Source: Phoronis australis
Lineage: Eukaryota; Animalia; Phoronida
Direction: 5' to 3'
NCBI GenBank assembly: GCA_002633005.1
Contig: NMRA01000047.1
Span: 188,913-252,912 of the forward strand
DNA: 64,000 nucleotides
The position numbers and the translations under genes are program-made. Numbering within the stretch: position 1 is the first letter of the stretch; every line of letters starts with the position of its first letter. Under the pieces are notes generated by a model. The model saw nothing but the letters and a program-made list of their open reading frames with translations, ran no database searches and was not told where the DNA came from. This document shows, piece by piece, positions 23,546-36,479 of this stretch.

Positions 23546-25005
23546 TTGACAAATGCAATATAACACGTGAAGTTGGCATGCACAACTATGACGATAAAAA
23601 CACATATAAATATACATATGTTGCTGTGCAACATACTCTACAGATCACTTAAATAACGATAGAGTCCTTCGAGTTCCAGTTAGCTGCTCGTTCAAACTGG
23701 GTTTTTCAAGCATTATTAGAAGCGACTGTAATGTTCGTAACCTGTGTACATCCTTTTCAGTGTATCTAATGACTGTATTGTCGACAATCTCCTGACGAGT
23801 TATCTTGCGACCATGAACATTTTGTAAATGGTCTTTTATTGAACCGTATTGTAAATGCATTGAAGGTCGCCGTGACAAGGAACACACTGTGTGCCCAATG
23901 TAATTTTGTTTCCGATGAGGACGAAAACATTCGACCGCGGGACAAGTAAAATCATAAACAACATTACATCTACCAACGGTGCGGACCTTCTCACGACTAA
24001 TATTGTTTCTCACCACTAAATTAGAGGTCTTCATATTCTTGTAATAAATAATTACATCTAGTTTGTCATTAGGACTAACAACTTTTACATTATTATATAT
24101 TATGTTCTTTAGGATTTTTTTATCTTGTACAAAACTTTTGGACATGCAGTTTTATAGGACAGTTTTTTAACATTACCAGTAAATGTTTGTACACGATAAT
24201 GTTGTTCAACTTTTGAGACAAACCGATCAATGTGCTTATCCACAAATGAACTTGTGTAACCATTATTTATTGGAAGTTGTTTTACATGTTGAACTTTACT
24301 AATGAACAGTTTCTAGTCTGATGTAATAGTGTGAGCTGTCTTTAAGAGATTGACTAAAACAGCTATCTTATAACGCTCAGGACAGTCACTATCAGCATGG
24401 AGACAAATACCTTTGTCAATAGGCTTGTGATAAACTGATGTGATGAATCTTGTGTCTGAGTTACATATAAGTACATCTAGAAATGGTATCTTATGAATTT
24501 CAATACTGAATGGTCCTCAAGCACAGTTTTAAGCGATACCATTTCATCAAAATTACAATATACGAAAATATCATCAACATATCGATCATATATAGGAATG
24601 TGGTCAATGTTAGTTTTAATTCGTTTTTCAACTTCTGACATATAAAATTCAGCGAACGTTGGGTCTAATGGGGAACCCATACTTACACCGTCTTTCCGCA
24701 AAAATAGTTTACCATTTACATGTCGAAATGGTGCCTTCGTAGTTCAAGTTAATAGCATTTCTTTAAGTATGTCCTTAGGAATTTCAGGGGGTTTCAAATT
24801 TGGATGATTATAGACATTGTTAATAATAATGTCTTGGTTTCAAGTACTGGGACATTGGTGAATAACGACTCTGCATCCAGTGACATTGGTTGGCAGCCAG
24901 TAATAGGTACAGTGGTACGCAAAATCTCAAGGAAGACATCCCGTGACTTGATACTACACTGACTTTGAATATACGGCTTTATAATCTGATCAATACATAT
25001 TTTTG
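23546..25005 (-). mobile_element. Penelope-like retroelement copy B (partial RT and C-terminal GIY-YIG endonuclease), degraded
   Basis: RT motifs SLDAESLFTNVP (~24850-24885), GVSMGSPLDPTFAEFYM and RYVDDIF. GIY-YIG motifs VVYDFTCP..C..NYIGHT..LSRR..H, LLIMLEKPSLN. Contains stops and frameshifts. Confidence 0.93.
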
Positions 25006-25051
25006 CAACCTACAGTCTGTGGATGAATGTCTGCGTGAACACTAAATGCCT

Positions 25052-25231
25052 TATTCACGCGGTCGCCATGTTAGTAGTGAGCCTCATTTTAGGCTTAAAA
25101 ACAATGCATTTGAGACATGAATATAACGAGGCACGCGAAAAAATCCCTTGTTGCGTTATATTTAAGCGCAATATGCATTATTTTCAAAACCTAAAATGAA
25201 GCTCACTTTTGAAATGGCGAATGTGTGAATA
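25052..25231. mobile_element. ~180-bp MITE with ~42-bp TIRs
   Basis: tattcacgcggtcgccatgttagtagtgagcctcattttagg versus cctaaaatgaagctcacttttgaaatggcgaatgtgtgaata (reverse complements). Confidence 0.7.
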
Positions 25232-28176
25232 CAGTGTATATCAAAGTCACAAAGGGAAAACTTTAAGTTCTTTATTTAAGATAACGGTTCGTAATTCCGG
25301 TGTATTTAAAGATTATTTCGAAACATTTACGTGTAATTAATGATAATATGTCGAAATACTCTTTAAAACAAATCTTACCGTTACATCGCCGCGGCATCAA
25401 TACTGGTGGCTAATTTCGACGACTGTACAACTCTCGAGGCTTTAAATGAAAAACGGAAAAATCTTTTCAAAGTACTGAAGACGAGCAACTTAAAAACTCT
25501 ACACTTCCTATTCGTTTCAACAAATCGTAAGGGTTGCTTTGAATTTTTATCAAATATATTTCCAGGCATCTATGTACCTGTATTGACTCTATTGACGAAG
25601 TCATGGGTACATGTACGCCGTGGTTCTTCTCTTGGGAGGAAGGTTGCTGATGGTCGAAACGTCCCCGTTGTTACAGCCAGCAACAACTGTTGAACAATCA
25701 GACGCACTGTAGTCTTCCAAAGCGACCAAGATATCAGACTAAGATAGGTACCGACATTTCAAAACGGTTGTGGTAAAAACAACTTCGTGGAACGAGGGAG
25801 CCCCATTTACTTCAAGATTTCTCAGTGAACATTTCTCAGACTATCCAAAATCAGCTCTTCTCACATGACCTGGAATGTGTTACGACACAACTGGTTAATA
25901 ACACCGGTTACATATTTTTTTGATATTACATTGGCGAATCACATAGTAGTGCAAAGTAGACATCCATACGTTTTACATTTTATCGTCTGCAAAACAACCA
26001 AGATGCGCGCCAACCAAACAATGCCGGAATTCCGAGAAAGGGACAAGGTTATGATTGACAAATCGGGTGCCCCAACTGAACGTACTCCCAGTCGGAAGGA
26101 CATGCAAACAACTTCTTAAACAGACTCATCTTCGGCTACGAATTTTATATCCACTTTCATTCAAACGGGAGATGACCCCCAACAAAAGAAACGCGGCGAG
26201 ACCAAGGAGTGTAGTAGAGTTCCTACTCTACTACACTCCTTGGCGAGACTGTCTAGCTGTGCAGTCTCAAGGTCAATTCAGTGCTCACGCGCGGGGAAGT
26301 CTTGCTGACTTATTTATAAACATTGTTTAACTTTTAATATTACAACTTCGAAGACTATTAGATTCTAATTTGAATATTTGCTGTGAAAGCTGAATGTAAT
26401 TTACATTTGTAAAGCTTAAAATAAAACTATTAACAAAAATAACTAAGTAACTTTAGATTACGCAAGCGAGTTTTTACAAAAGTTGCGTCATGTGGTTGGA
26501 AGTTTTAGACACGTCGAGTTCTTCGGCAAAAAAGCTCGTTTTTACGGTTTATGTGAGACAGCAAATCCTACACTCGTCTCAGATTGATGACATGGGGAAA
26601 ACCTCTCTCGGCAAGCCTCGGGATTTTGACGAAATTTCCAAGAAGTTTTGCACATGTCATCAACCTGAGACTCGTGTAGGATTCTCTATCTGTGACTTAT
26701 TTAATCCAACGTGATTAAACACCCATGCTCGTAAATTGTACGCGCGTTTTTACCTTTTTCAGACATCAGATTCTTCATTCTGGTTACTGCAGTCATCAGT
26801 TCGCCACTGCAGCATGTTTTCTTAGGCTCATGACTGCCTTTTCCCTTGCTGAATGATGCTGCAGTACCACATGGTATAAAGTGCTGCAACAGTGCAGGAG
26901 ACCGTCGATGGACTATTTGAAAATATAGAAGAATACGTATTCAAAGATATTACTACTTTATACGATCCTGTTTCACCGTGACGTTTCATTCCCATTTTCC
27001 AAGCAAACCATTTCTGGCTTCAGCTGAACACATCTTTGCCTGGTCACCCAATGGCCTTCTCGCGTGCAGTGTACACCGGGCTATGTGTCGTTTGCTTTGC
27101 ATAGCAAAGATGATATCAGGCGACACGTTTACAACTAGCGTCACCTCCTTTGTTTACTAAATTGGGAACTGCAGAAAAATTAGTGCAAATGTTGGGTTTG
27201 TCGTATTAAAATTTAACTAAACTCTGTGCACGTGCCTTGACAACTAGTCGTTATCCTGTGATTCATTTGCTTCTTTTGTGTATCATAAGTTCATTAAAAT
27301 TTTATTTTTGATTTTTTGCGCACCGTAAGTACTTTGCTGTTTTGGTTACTTTCAGCTAAAAGTTCGTTGTGTTTTTGGCTATTGTATATTCCAGTCCATT
27401 TCTGTTGTAATAGTAGTACGCTCTGAACAGTTTTCACGAGTTCGATCTGTAAATATTATTATTGTTGTTTTTGAAGCGATTCTTAACAATTCATCCACTT
27501 GTATCTACGTTTAGTTGAAGAAGCGCCCATTGTGTGGACATTTTGCAACCGTGCTTTGAACGAACTGTAAACAGCAAACAGGAACTTGACAACAGATAAA
27601 CGTATTGCTAAATACACAAAATTAACCCACAAGACAATACTAACGAAATGAAAACTATGCCACCTATGCTTTGGAAAATACTTGGAAAACGACTAGGGAG
27701 AGAACCTCAAGCCATTGGCCCATAATTTTTCTTGGCGCACTGTGATGGACAGTTTTTTATGGTTATGCTTCCTCATCCAGTTGTTTCAGTAATGAAAAGT
27801 AGACGGAGCAAAATTAATACGAGTGCGTGCCTCTTTTAAGAGAATAGCCGCAAGAGTTTCCGCTAGGGGTGACTAATGTTGTTCGAAGAAAATGAAAATA
27901 AGTGTGAATTCCACGCACATATCCACGTGTATACTAAATCGTCATGTTTTTTACTCAGAGACAAGTACTGTGTGGTTAATTAAAAAAGTAAGGAAAGGGT
28001 GTCTTTCATGGAGTCACCCCGCTATGTTAAGGCAATTCTTGTTTTCACGCGACCTACAGCAAAGCGAGATGCGTCGTCGTTGCGGACTGTTACTCGGTCG
28101 ATATTCGTCCGACAAGGCTTCGTTTTCTCATAACTCGTCTCACCTGCCTATTTTGAATCGTTTAGCTTTTTATTGT

Positions 28177-30115
28177 TCATGCTTGTAGCTGGTTCCATGG
28201 TAACACCCTCGGACTTGACCGATGTTGTTGGGACCGTGGCAGGAACAGGTAAACCAAATGACTCAGTTCCGGTTTCGTTTCGTCCGCCCTATCGATGTCA
28301 CCCTCTGCCAAATAGATTACATTTAACTGCTTCTCAATGCTTGTTACGTTTTGTCCGGGGTTTTGTGCTCTCATATTGATAACCGTATATTGTTCAGCGT
28401 CTCTGCATTGTGCTCAAGGCCACCGTTCAACTTTTCTTTTGCGACTTTCTTCGTTGTCCCCAAGTTCTTTCTCGGACGTTTCACCGTCTTTACTTGTGAA
28501 CTGCACTTGATACGTCTCGTTGGACGTCACCACCTGCACTAGTGTTTGCAAAATGCTGTTCACATCGCGTTCGTCCTTGCCTGATAGGTTTGCTGACTCA
28601 TCAAAGTCACGTTTCATCTCAGTATGAATGTCGCGCGCTCAATACACCTCCTCAGCTATTGCTGCTCTCAACAAAAAGACGATGAATTTGTTGACATCGC
28701 CGTCAGACCACATTTCTTCTCTTTACAAATGTCCTTCTTTTTGTATTTATTGAGTTTCTTGCACCTCCTTAGCTACTATTGCTCTCAATAGAGAAACCAA
28801 GAATTCATCGACGTTTCGCTCATCCTTCTTAGAACGAAAAATCGTTTCTCTCTCTTCATCTCAACCGTTCACAGTGCGCAACTCTCCCTAACCAGCTTCA
28901 CACTTCTCTACGTGAACTTCAGTACTTTTAATTTCTTCTTTAGTGGCAATGTTTTTCTCTATTTCCACGTCCTTTCCTTGAAGGCCTTGAACAATTACCC
29001 AATGGGTTATCAGTCCTTCAAACACGATGGAAGTTACTATCAAGATCCTAGCCATTTCCAAGCTAGTCTCGTCATAGAACGAAACCATAATCTCGGAGAG
29101 GTCCAACAACCGAGACACACTGCGAACAGTATACAGGTCCGTTTTGTACAAGAGACAACAAATGACTTGTTTCAAGACGCTCTGATAGGACATGTTCTTA
29201 TATACCTTCATGGTGAAACTCGAGTTTCCATTTCTTTCTTCTTTGGTGCTCGTTTTTTCGGCCGTCGTTGCCTCCATACCAGTTGCATTTTTTCGTATAT
29301 TTTGAAAACATTCCTGCTTACGAGACATTTAAGGTTATAAAAAGTGACGAGCCTTTATTTAAGTTTCTGCCATTCAATAATGTACTCAAACACACAATAA
29401 TGTGACAATTTTCTTGAATTCGCATTGGGGACACTTGCAGTGCAGATCCACAATGTACAGAGAACGAAAGTTGAAAAATTTCTGTCGTTGATAAAAGCAT
29501 GTTTAGTAGACCTCACGGTTTGGTGAATAAAAGCTTGCATAAAGCACATAGTGCTGTCACGTATTTGTGGATAAACAAGCCCCAATTGAACGAAAACCAA
29601 CTTCTTAATGTTTCACAAACATCTTCAAACTATTTGCTTCAGTAGCGTCTCATGTGAATTAACAACTAGCTGTGCAATATTGTGAATGTCCATGGCTTCG
29701 TGTCTAACAGTGACGTCACTAATCCATGCTTACCCGGGATCCGTTTTGATAATGATACACTTTATAACAGCTATTTCAGTGAAATATGGTCATAATACAT
29801 CGTAGAGAATCTGTTGCATGTAGTAACGTAGCAAAAGATCTCTGTCATAGTGGCTTTGCTCTTGTAGGACTTCACCACGGTAACTATGGTAAGAGTGACC
29901 TATATGCTGTTGTCAGAACTATACATTGTTAAAAACGAAAATAATGTAATATTTTTGAGTAAAGGATTGATTAGATTGAAACTGCTACATACCTCTCCGT
30001 TTTCTGCCAAATACATCGAGCCTATGGTCTCAAGCAGTATCGAGCAGCATCCGACCTTCACGACCCCAGCTTTAACATTTTGGGAGATATTATTTCCTTT
30101 ACCGTTTAAACGCAT
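28177..30115 (-). pseudogene. Decayed intronless coding region of unknown family with three ~40-aa repeats
   Basis: Chain of minus-strand ORFs (29900-30115, 29355-29600, 28888-29328, 28414-28617, 28177-28374) broken by stops. Repeats: DERNVDEFLVSLLRAIVAKEV / DGDVNKFIVFLLRAAIAEEV / DERDVNSILQTLVQVVTSNET. Confidence 0.45.
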
Positions 30116-30299
30116 AAATTTTTAATCAATTTCAGTCCAAAACTAAAAAGACATTTCTGCCTAACATTGTGTTTTATGCTGTATACAAAATGACGGGGTG
30201 CTTGTAGTTCAGTTATAAATTATGCCTGTCTTATATGAGGTGATCTGGACTTCAGTCGTGTTAATGCAGTTTGTTACAGAGCTCAGAGGTTTTCCTTTA

Positions 30300-31120
30300 G
30301 AATTACTAAGACAGCACCAAATGCCGCAGTGATAGGGTCCACAAGTTGAGAAAACTCCAGGTCATTGACCGTGGTTTAGTGTAATTCGGCTTTGGCGGAG
30401 GTTCATTAACATGTCTAGGTTCAGACTGATAAGCAATGTTTTTTGAGTTTTACTATAAATTCTTAATGAGTGTTAAAAACTGGTAGTTTATGGATATTTA
30501 TTTTAAAGGAAACCCACATGAGAGGTTTATTGAGCCTCCGTGTAGGGTTATCAAAGGTGATGTCATTTTTGACAATGAACATTTACAAGTTTAGAAAAGA
30601 ACGGGCTGTTATTTCGGGGTTGGGAAAGAAACTTTAGTTGTGCAGAAATTTCAAGTCTACTCAAGGTCATGAACGACATATTTGTAGTAATGTAAGTCGA
30701 ATGGGGCGAAGGTATCTGGCAGCTGTGGAGGTACGAAGATAAAATATGTAATCACTGCCAATACGGGTTTGTTTAAGACGAAGTTCATGAAGTACAATGC
30801 CCAGCTTACCTTGACTTTATATCAGGTTTGTTTTCGTCGACTGAATGCCAACTTTATATCTTTTAATGATGAAGAAAGGTTTCTCTCCTTGATGTCATTT
30901 GGAATTGTAAGAGATTTGCGATTGACTGTCAGGACATGGTTTTATCGAAAATGGGGTAACAGTGTTCTATATATATGTCATTGAATCCACAGTTACTGTG
31001 ATTATTAAGTAGATGTTTGGTTTCTAACGTGTGTTCTAACTCTGTTACTTTCTGTGTACGTTTTAGATGTATGTACGTTATTGAAAAGAGAAATAAATGA
31101 ACTGTGTTATTGTTATTCTT
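30300..31120 (+). mobile_element. Old LINE 3' fragment (APE-type, L2/Daphne/RTE-X-like C-terminal zinc knuckle)
   Basis: 30740-30820 reads KICNHCQYGFV*DEVHEVQCPAY (C-x2-C..EDExH..CPxY motif), followed by a T-rich 3'UTR, AATAAA at ~31092 and a short (tgttat) tail. Confidence 0.55.
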
Positions 31121-33677
31121 TATTAATTATAAGGGAAGTAGTTTTGCGCGAAATCATCAAAGCATGGTTCATTTAATTTATAATCATTTTCAAAATCTCA
31201 ACTCAGTTACCATACATACTGCTCAACTCAAGAGAATAATGCAGCTTTATCAAGGATTCCACCTGATACCTGACAGTTTGGTGAAAATGAGGTTTATACC
31301 TTAAAGGAGTGAGAGTAGAGCAAGGGTACACAAAGATACCTTAACGACTGTCCGTTAGAATGGATGTCAAACTCGTTGAGTCTGCGTGGGAGAGCGCCCG
31401 TCGTACTTGCCTGTACCGCTTCAAACAGACTAGTCGTCTTCTTACTCGGGGAAATTTCACGAAAAAATATCCGTTAGATTTGATACACTGTTGGTTGCTC
31501 CATCGGTGTAGGGAAGGAGTAAAATTTAGATTTTTGGGGTCTCATGACTGGAGTGACGACCAAAAGCAGTGCACCCTCTCCTGTCCGCTACGGTTCCCCA
31601 GGCCCGCGTTCCTAGCGTGGACGTAGCCTCCACCATGCCGCCAGAATTAGGAAGGAGGTGATGTGTTTACCTCCAGTCGCTAACAGAGGTGTGGCACCGA
31701 ATCACCGTCAAACCCCTAGCAAATGTAAAACGTGGACCTTGAATACGGCTCGAAATAACAAGTAATCCATGCGTGCACATGGTGCGTTCAGGTGAGGTAC
31801 AGTTAAGATGCGTCGTTCGATCGGTAAAACTACGACACTGAAGAATATTGGATGCGCAGTACATTTAGACTGGCGTACTTAAAGGGGATAGGTAATTTAA
31901 CAAGTTCGTGAATTATTTTGAGTCAAAATTAGTGTCGATATTAAATTTAATCACTGCCGATGCGTCCTTTTCCTGGTTTCAAGGACAATAAAAATGTGTC
32001 GATTCCTTTTCTTTACATATGATTTATTAGCCATCAACGTACATGTTGGTCAAAGAACACTAACTAACTACATTGAAAATACGCCACAAATAACACTCTA
32101 CATGTATATACATGTACACATTTTTACTATGGTATTCGTGGCTCCGCGCAGATATATTTTTGTTTGCGCACTTCATCTAAGTGTTAGTTATCAGATTAGA
32201 GTTTGGGGACCAAAAACTACCTACGACGCCACTGTCTGTTATGGAAACGAGCTCATGAAAGCGCACGCGATTCTTTTTTTCATAAAAAACCCATCTCCTT
32301 AAATAAAGCTGCATTCCCGCTTTCTGTAAAAACGAAAATGTAAATAGATTTTTTACTCTCATAATAACGAGCTCATAATATCCCTTATCGTATTAGGAGG
32401 TGTCCATTTCCCTTGCGAAAAGAACAGTTAGCGAAACAGCGGCTCGAGAAAATGTTTCAGGTCATGGCGAACACGGAAATTGCTCTTGTATTCATAGCAT
32501 GTGACTCTAAGTTGCTGGCTCATTCGGAAACAAAACGCTGACAGAGGTGCGCGGTTTTTTTTAGTCCGCCGGCTATTTTGTTACCAAAGAGGTCCACAAT
32601 GTTAGGAATTCCATATTGAAGGCTGGGTGCGCGCATGTTTTTGACAGACAATAGCCTGATCCGAGGACGTCTTGTCCCTAGTTCTAAATTTCACCCATAG
32701 ATGTCAATAAAGAGCCGACCTTGAAAACGAGCAGACGATTGGAACAATTAAGCAACGTACTAAGAATGATAACCAAGAGGTGCCAGTATTTGTTCGTATG
32801 TTGTGGAAAATGTCTCTGTTATTCACTCTTTAATTGGCCTGATGCCCGGAAACGGCAGAGGGCAAGCGGAGCTCGGGGCGGAACGAATTGCCGGCTGCTG
32901 TTAGGAAATATTCTTTAATGATTCTCAGTGAACCATGGATTGCTCTCTTCACTGAACCCAACCCCCAGCATTGGGGCCCCCGTCATCAATATTATAGGCC
33001 TGCCGATATTGCTCTGTGTTCATTATATATGTGTACGCCTATTCTACGATGAAAAGTCCCTCCCGGCGGTACGTAAATCACTAAAATTAATGAGCGCAAC
33101 TCCTTAAGTCTTGCCCTGAACGGCAATTCAATCCAATTGCCATAATTGTATTGACTCGGAGCCATTCAGTAAAATGCACGTGACTGGCAAGTTTTTATGT
33201 TACTCTAGGCACACATCTTTAATCTAAAGAACTGTCTCTAATTTAGTAATTAGTGTGATTATCAGAGAGTCGTATGTGTCGTGTGTTGTCACCTCTGTTA
33301 AACTGGTTAGAGGCTGATCAGTCTATAGCCTAGCTAGAGACAGAGGGACCTCGGGGACATGAGCAAAATCAGTGATGCACATGGAGCATACCAAAGCATC
33401 ACCACCAAAACGAGTATTCCGCCACATCAGCAAATCGTCAACCTGCCACTAATAAGCATTATACTGCTTTCTTTTTCATTGATCATGACTGCCTGCACTC
33501 TGAGATTGTTTTATATTAGCCTACTGCAACAAAGTTGCCTCATAAAATCAATGCATTGTTTGCTCAAGACACTAGCACCCTCCAACATTAAAGCCATTTG
33601 ATTGTTTCTTCATGCCATGGTTGATTATTGCCATGTGCCTGAGTCTGTGACAGTTACACATCATGAGATTAAGGTCT

Positions 33678-33691
33678 GTTGCTATGGAAAC
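33678..33691. promoter_or_regulatory. RFX X-box (GTTGCTATGGAAAC) in the probable promoter/first non-coding exon of the NSUN7-like gene
   Basis: Strong match to the X-box consensus GTTNCCATGGNAAC, ending 9 nt before a strong donor CAG|GTAAGA at 33700/33701. Confidence 0.6.
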
Positions 33692-34198
33692 AAGAAGCAG
33701 GTAAGAGTGTGTTTGACATTGTTTACTTTTTTCATTGATTTGATAAATTGTTTGCTAATAAGGACATGAATGTTTTTAACGTAAAAACTAAACAGTGAAA
33801 ATAACAAAATGATGTTAAACTTGAGACTTTTTGTAACTGAAAAAATATCTATAAAAACCTGATTTACAATCAGATAATTCTTTGCGTAAACATTCAGTGA
33901 ATTGCTTTAAATAGACAACTTAGACTCCAATTATTAGTAGAAGTTCAAGTTGTGTTCAGGTTCGGTCACTGTTGTCTGCATTTCAAAACATATGCCATTG
34001 ATCAATGATTTCAAGTGGATTATGTTGTTGTGGTCAGTTAAGCATTCTTGATCAAACACAAGGGGTCTATTCATACTTTGAGATTCAAAAGTTGTAACCA
34101 GTCTTTATATCAGATTGATCAATACTTTAGTGACATTCTACAACAAGTGAGAGCTGTATGTGATCTTGTTTTAAATTATGTTGCCAGTGCTGATTCGA

Positions 34199-34237
34199 AT
34201 GGGTATTCCCCGGAGGAGCATCCTGATTCACAGATTG
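34199..34237 (+). CDS. NSUN7: Probable first coding exon of the NSUN7-like gene (MGIPRRSILIHRL); exon 34188-34237
   Basis: Acceptor ttgccAG| at 34187, ATG 34199, 13 codons, donor TTG|GTGAGT (phase 0), compatible with the phase-0 acceptor at 54021. No homology support for this peptide. Confidence 0.45.
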
Positions 34238-34493
34238 GTGAGTGTCCATTGTTTTGATTTAACTGCGCAACGTGTCACACACAATCTTAAGTTGCATGCG
34301 AATTGTTAAGTTATGCCTTCTTGTTTTCAATATTAATTGTGTCGGAATAGAGTTCACATGTGTTCAGGTGTTAGTAATTGAAATAATTCCATTCATTCTT
34401 GTTGTGTCTTACTAATTGAAGTTGGTCAATTTTGACCTTCCAAACGTGCGTTCAGTGCAACTTTAAATAACATGCTTTAAATGATTGTGACTG

Positions 34494-34721
34494 CATGTGC
34501 GCACCCAGCCTTTCGGGGGGGGCTCAAATTTCTGGCGATATGGACCTTTTGCTGACAAAAAAGCGGGAGGACTACAAAAAAAGGGGTACCACTTTCACTG
34601 TGCGTCTGCCAGTGTGCCTTTTCAGTGGACTTTTTGTTTCTCTGAGGCGAACCTTTTTGCCCACTTCGCCAAATCATGGGGGCTCATTCAAGCCTCCCAA
34701 GCCCCCCTGGGTGCACGCATG
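34494..34721. mobile_element. 228-bp MITE, TIR CATG(T/C)G(C/T)GCACCCAG, 5-bp TSD GACTG
   Basis: catgtgcgcacccag ... ctgggtgcacgcatg, flanked by gactg on both sides. Confidence 0.8.
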
Positions 34722-36479
34722 GACTGCTTTTGAAGAACTTTTTCGACTAAAAAACTTTAGGAATTTCGGTCTTAAGGTGCAAACTATAAAATAATAAGGT
34801 TGTTCAAACACTGATGCTCAGCAGACACGGCTGAACCATTTGAAATATGTCTCAAATTTGCCAATATCATGAACCATTCCATCATATCTCCATGAGCCTT
34901 TTTTAGAACAATAAGGTAAATCCATTGTTTATACACGCATAACTGTTCCAAAATTGGCCCACTCTTCATATCAGTCAATTTTACGGTAAATGAGCTTTTA
35001 CCTTTTTTTGACAGCAGATCCTATATAAGTAGACATGGGAAGGTCCTTTTTGAGAACAAAACTAGGAAACATCCTGGGCCCTCATTCATCTGAGGGGAAA
35101 GGTGCCTGTGCTTTCTGTTAGGGGAATTATTTGGTACGAGGAGAAAATTCTACCTCCCGATCACTATCAATAGTACCCCGTCCCTCCACAAATCCTATAG
35201 TCCCTGCACCCATGTTTTCATTTAGAGCTCTGATATCATCAATGAATGTATGCCTTGCATTCTCAGTGAGTGGTTTATTTTTACTAAAATCACTATTGTA
35301 GAAAATTTTCGTGACTACATGCAGATAACGTTATTTGAAAGGACATCCTGCACATGCAGGGGTCATTTTAGAAAAACGTGGGTATGATTGAATTGACCCA
35401 CACGGCCTCAAGCTGGAGATCAATTTAGATCTGTGGACCATGTTTTAATTTTTATGTCCTGTTTCGCTTTCAATTTTAATCATGGGCCTGCAGGTCCAAG
35501 CTTTAAGCAAAGAAAATTTGGCAATGAAATTTTTGTACGTTGATGCGAGACATGCTTCTAAAATTATTCCTTGCATTATGGCAGCATATTTAATGCAAAT
35601 ATTGATGTTATGTACGTAGGGAATTATCGACAAGTTTGTGTTTTTATCCAAATATCTTATATAGATTTTAACTCATGATATAATTCAAAATATTCTGAAA
35701 GTTGAAAGCCTGTAGAATTTGATTTTTTACTTTGTACCAATCCACCATTAATTGAAACATGTGGTCATGTGTTTTCAGTAAAATTTACTGGAGCAAAGAA
35801 GAAAGGTAAATTCATAAGAAAATGATGGTATCAAGAACATGGGTAAATTTTGTTGGATAAATGTTCAAGGTAAACTTTCAAAAATGCTGAAACAGTTTTG
35901 AAATCATTTTGTTTTCATTTTATGTAAACTTTGCCCTGCTCGCAGAAAGGAATATTTTAAAAACAAACCCTAATAGCATTTTTGAAAACAATTCACTAAG
36001 TATAGTGTATGAAAGTTTCATATGGACAAATCAGTCATTTCTGAGATATAATGTTTCAAAGTTAGTCAAAATTAGACATTTTTCTAATGTCCTGCATGTA
36101 CATACACTGTAATCTTGAAATGTGCTGGTTCGTCATTTCCTCATACCACTTAATGTTTATGGTCTAGAGAATTAGTGTTATCTCAATACTGAAGTGTGAT
36201 TTGACTTCATCTAAGTACCATTTCATCAACCAGAATTTATGATATTTTAAGTGTTTATCTTTCTCTCGACCTGCTCAGTGTACAAGAGCTTATTGTGTAA
36301 AATTAGATAATGTCCAAATCTGGCTGTGTCTGTAATACTTTGACTTAGAAATGGCTGATCAGATCCAAGTGAAGATTTCAGATACTGCTCTTTATGCATT
36401 GTTCTCCAAAATGCTGGCTGGAATATTGTTCTTAAAAGGTCATGATCTGCTTAAATACTGCTATTGTTGGGTGGATAGA

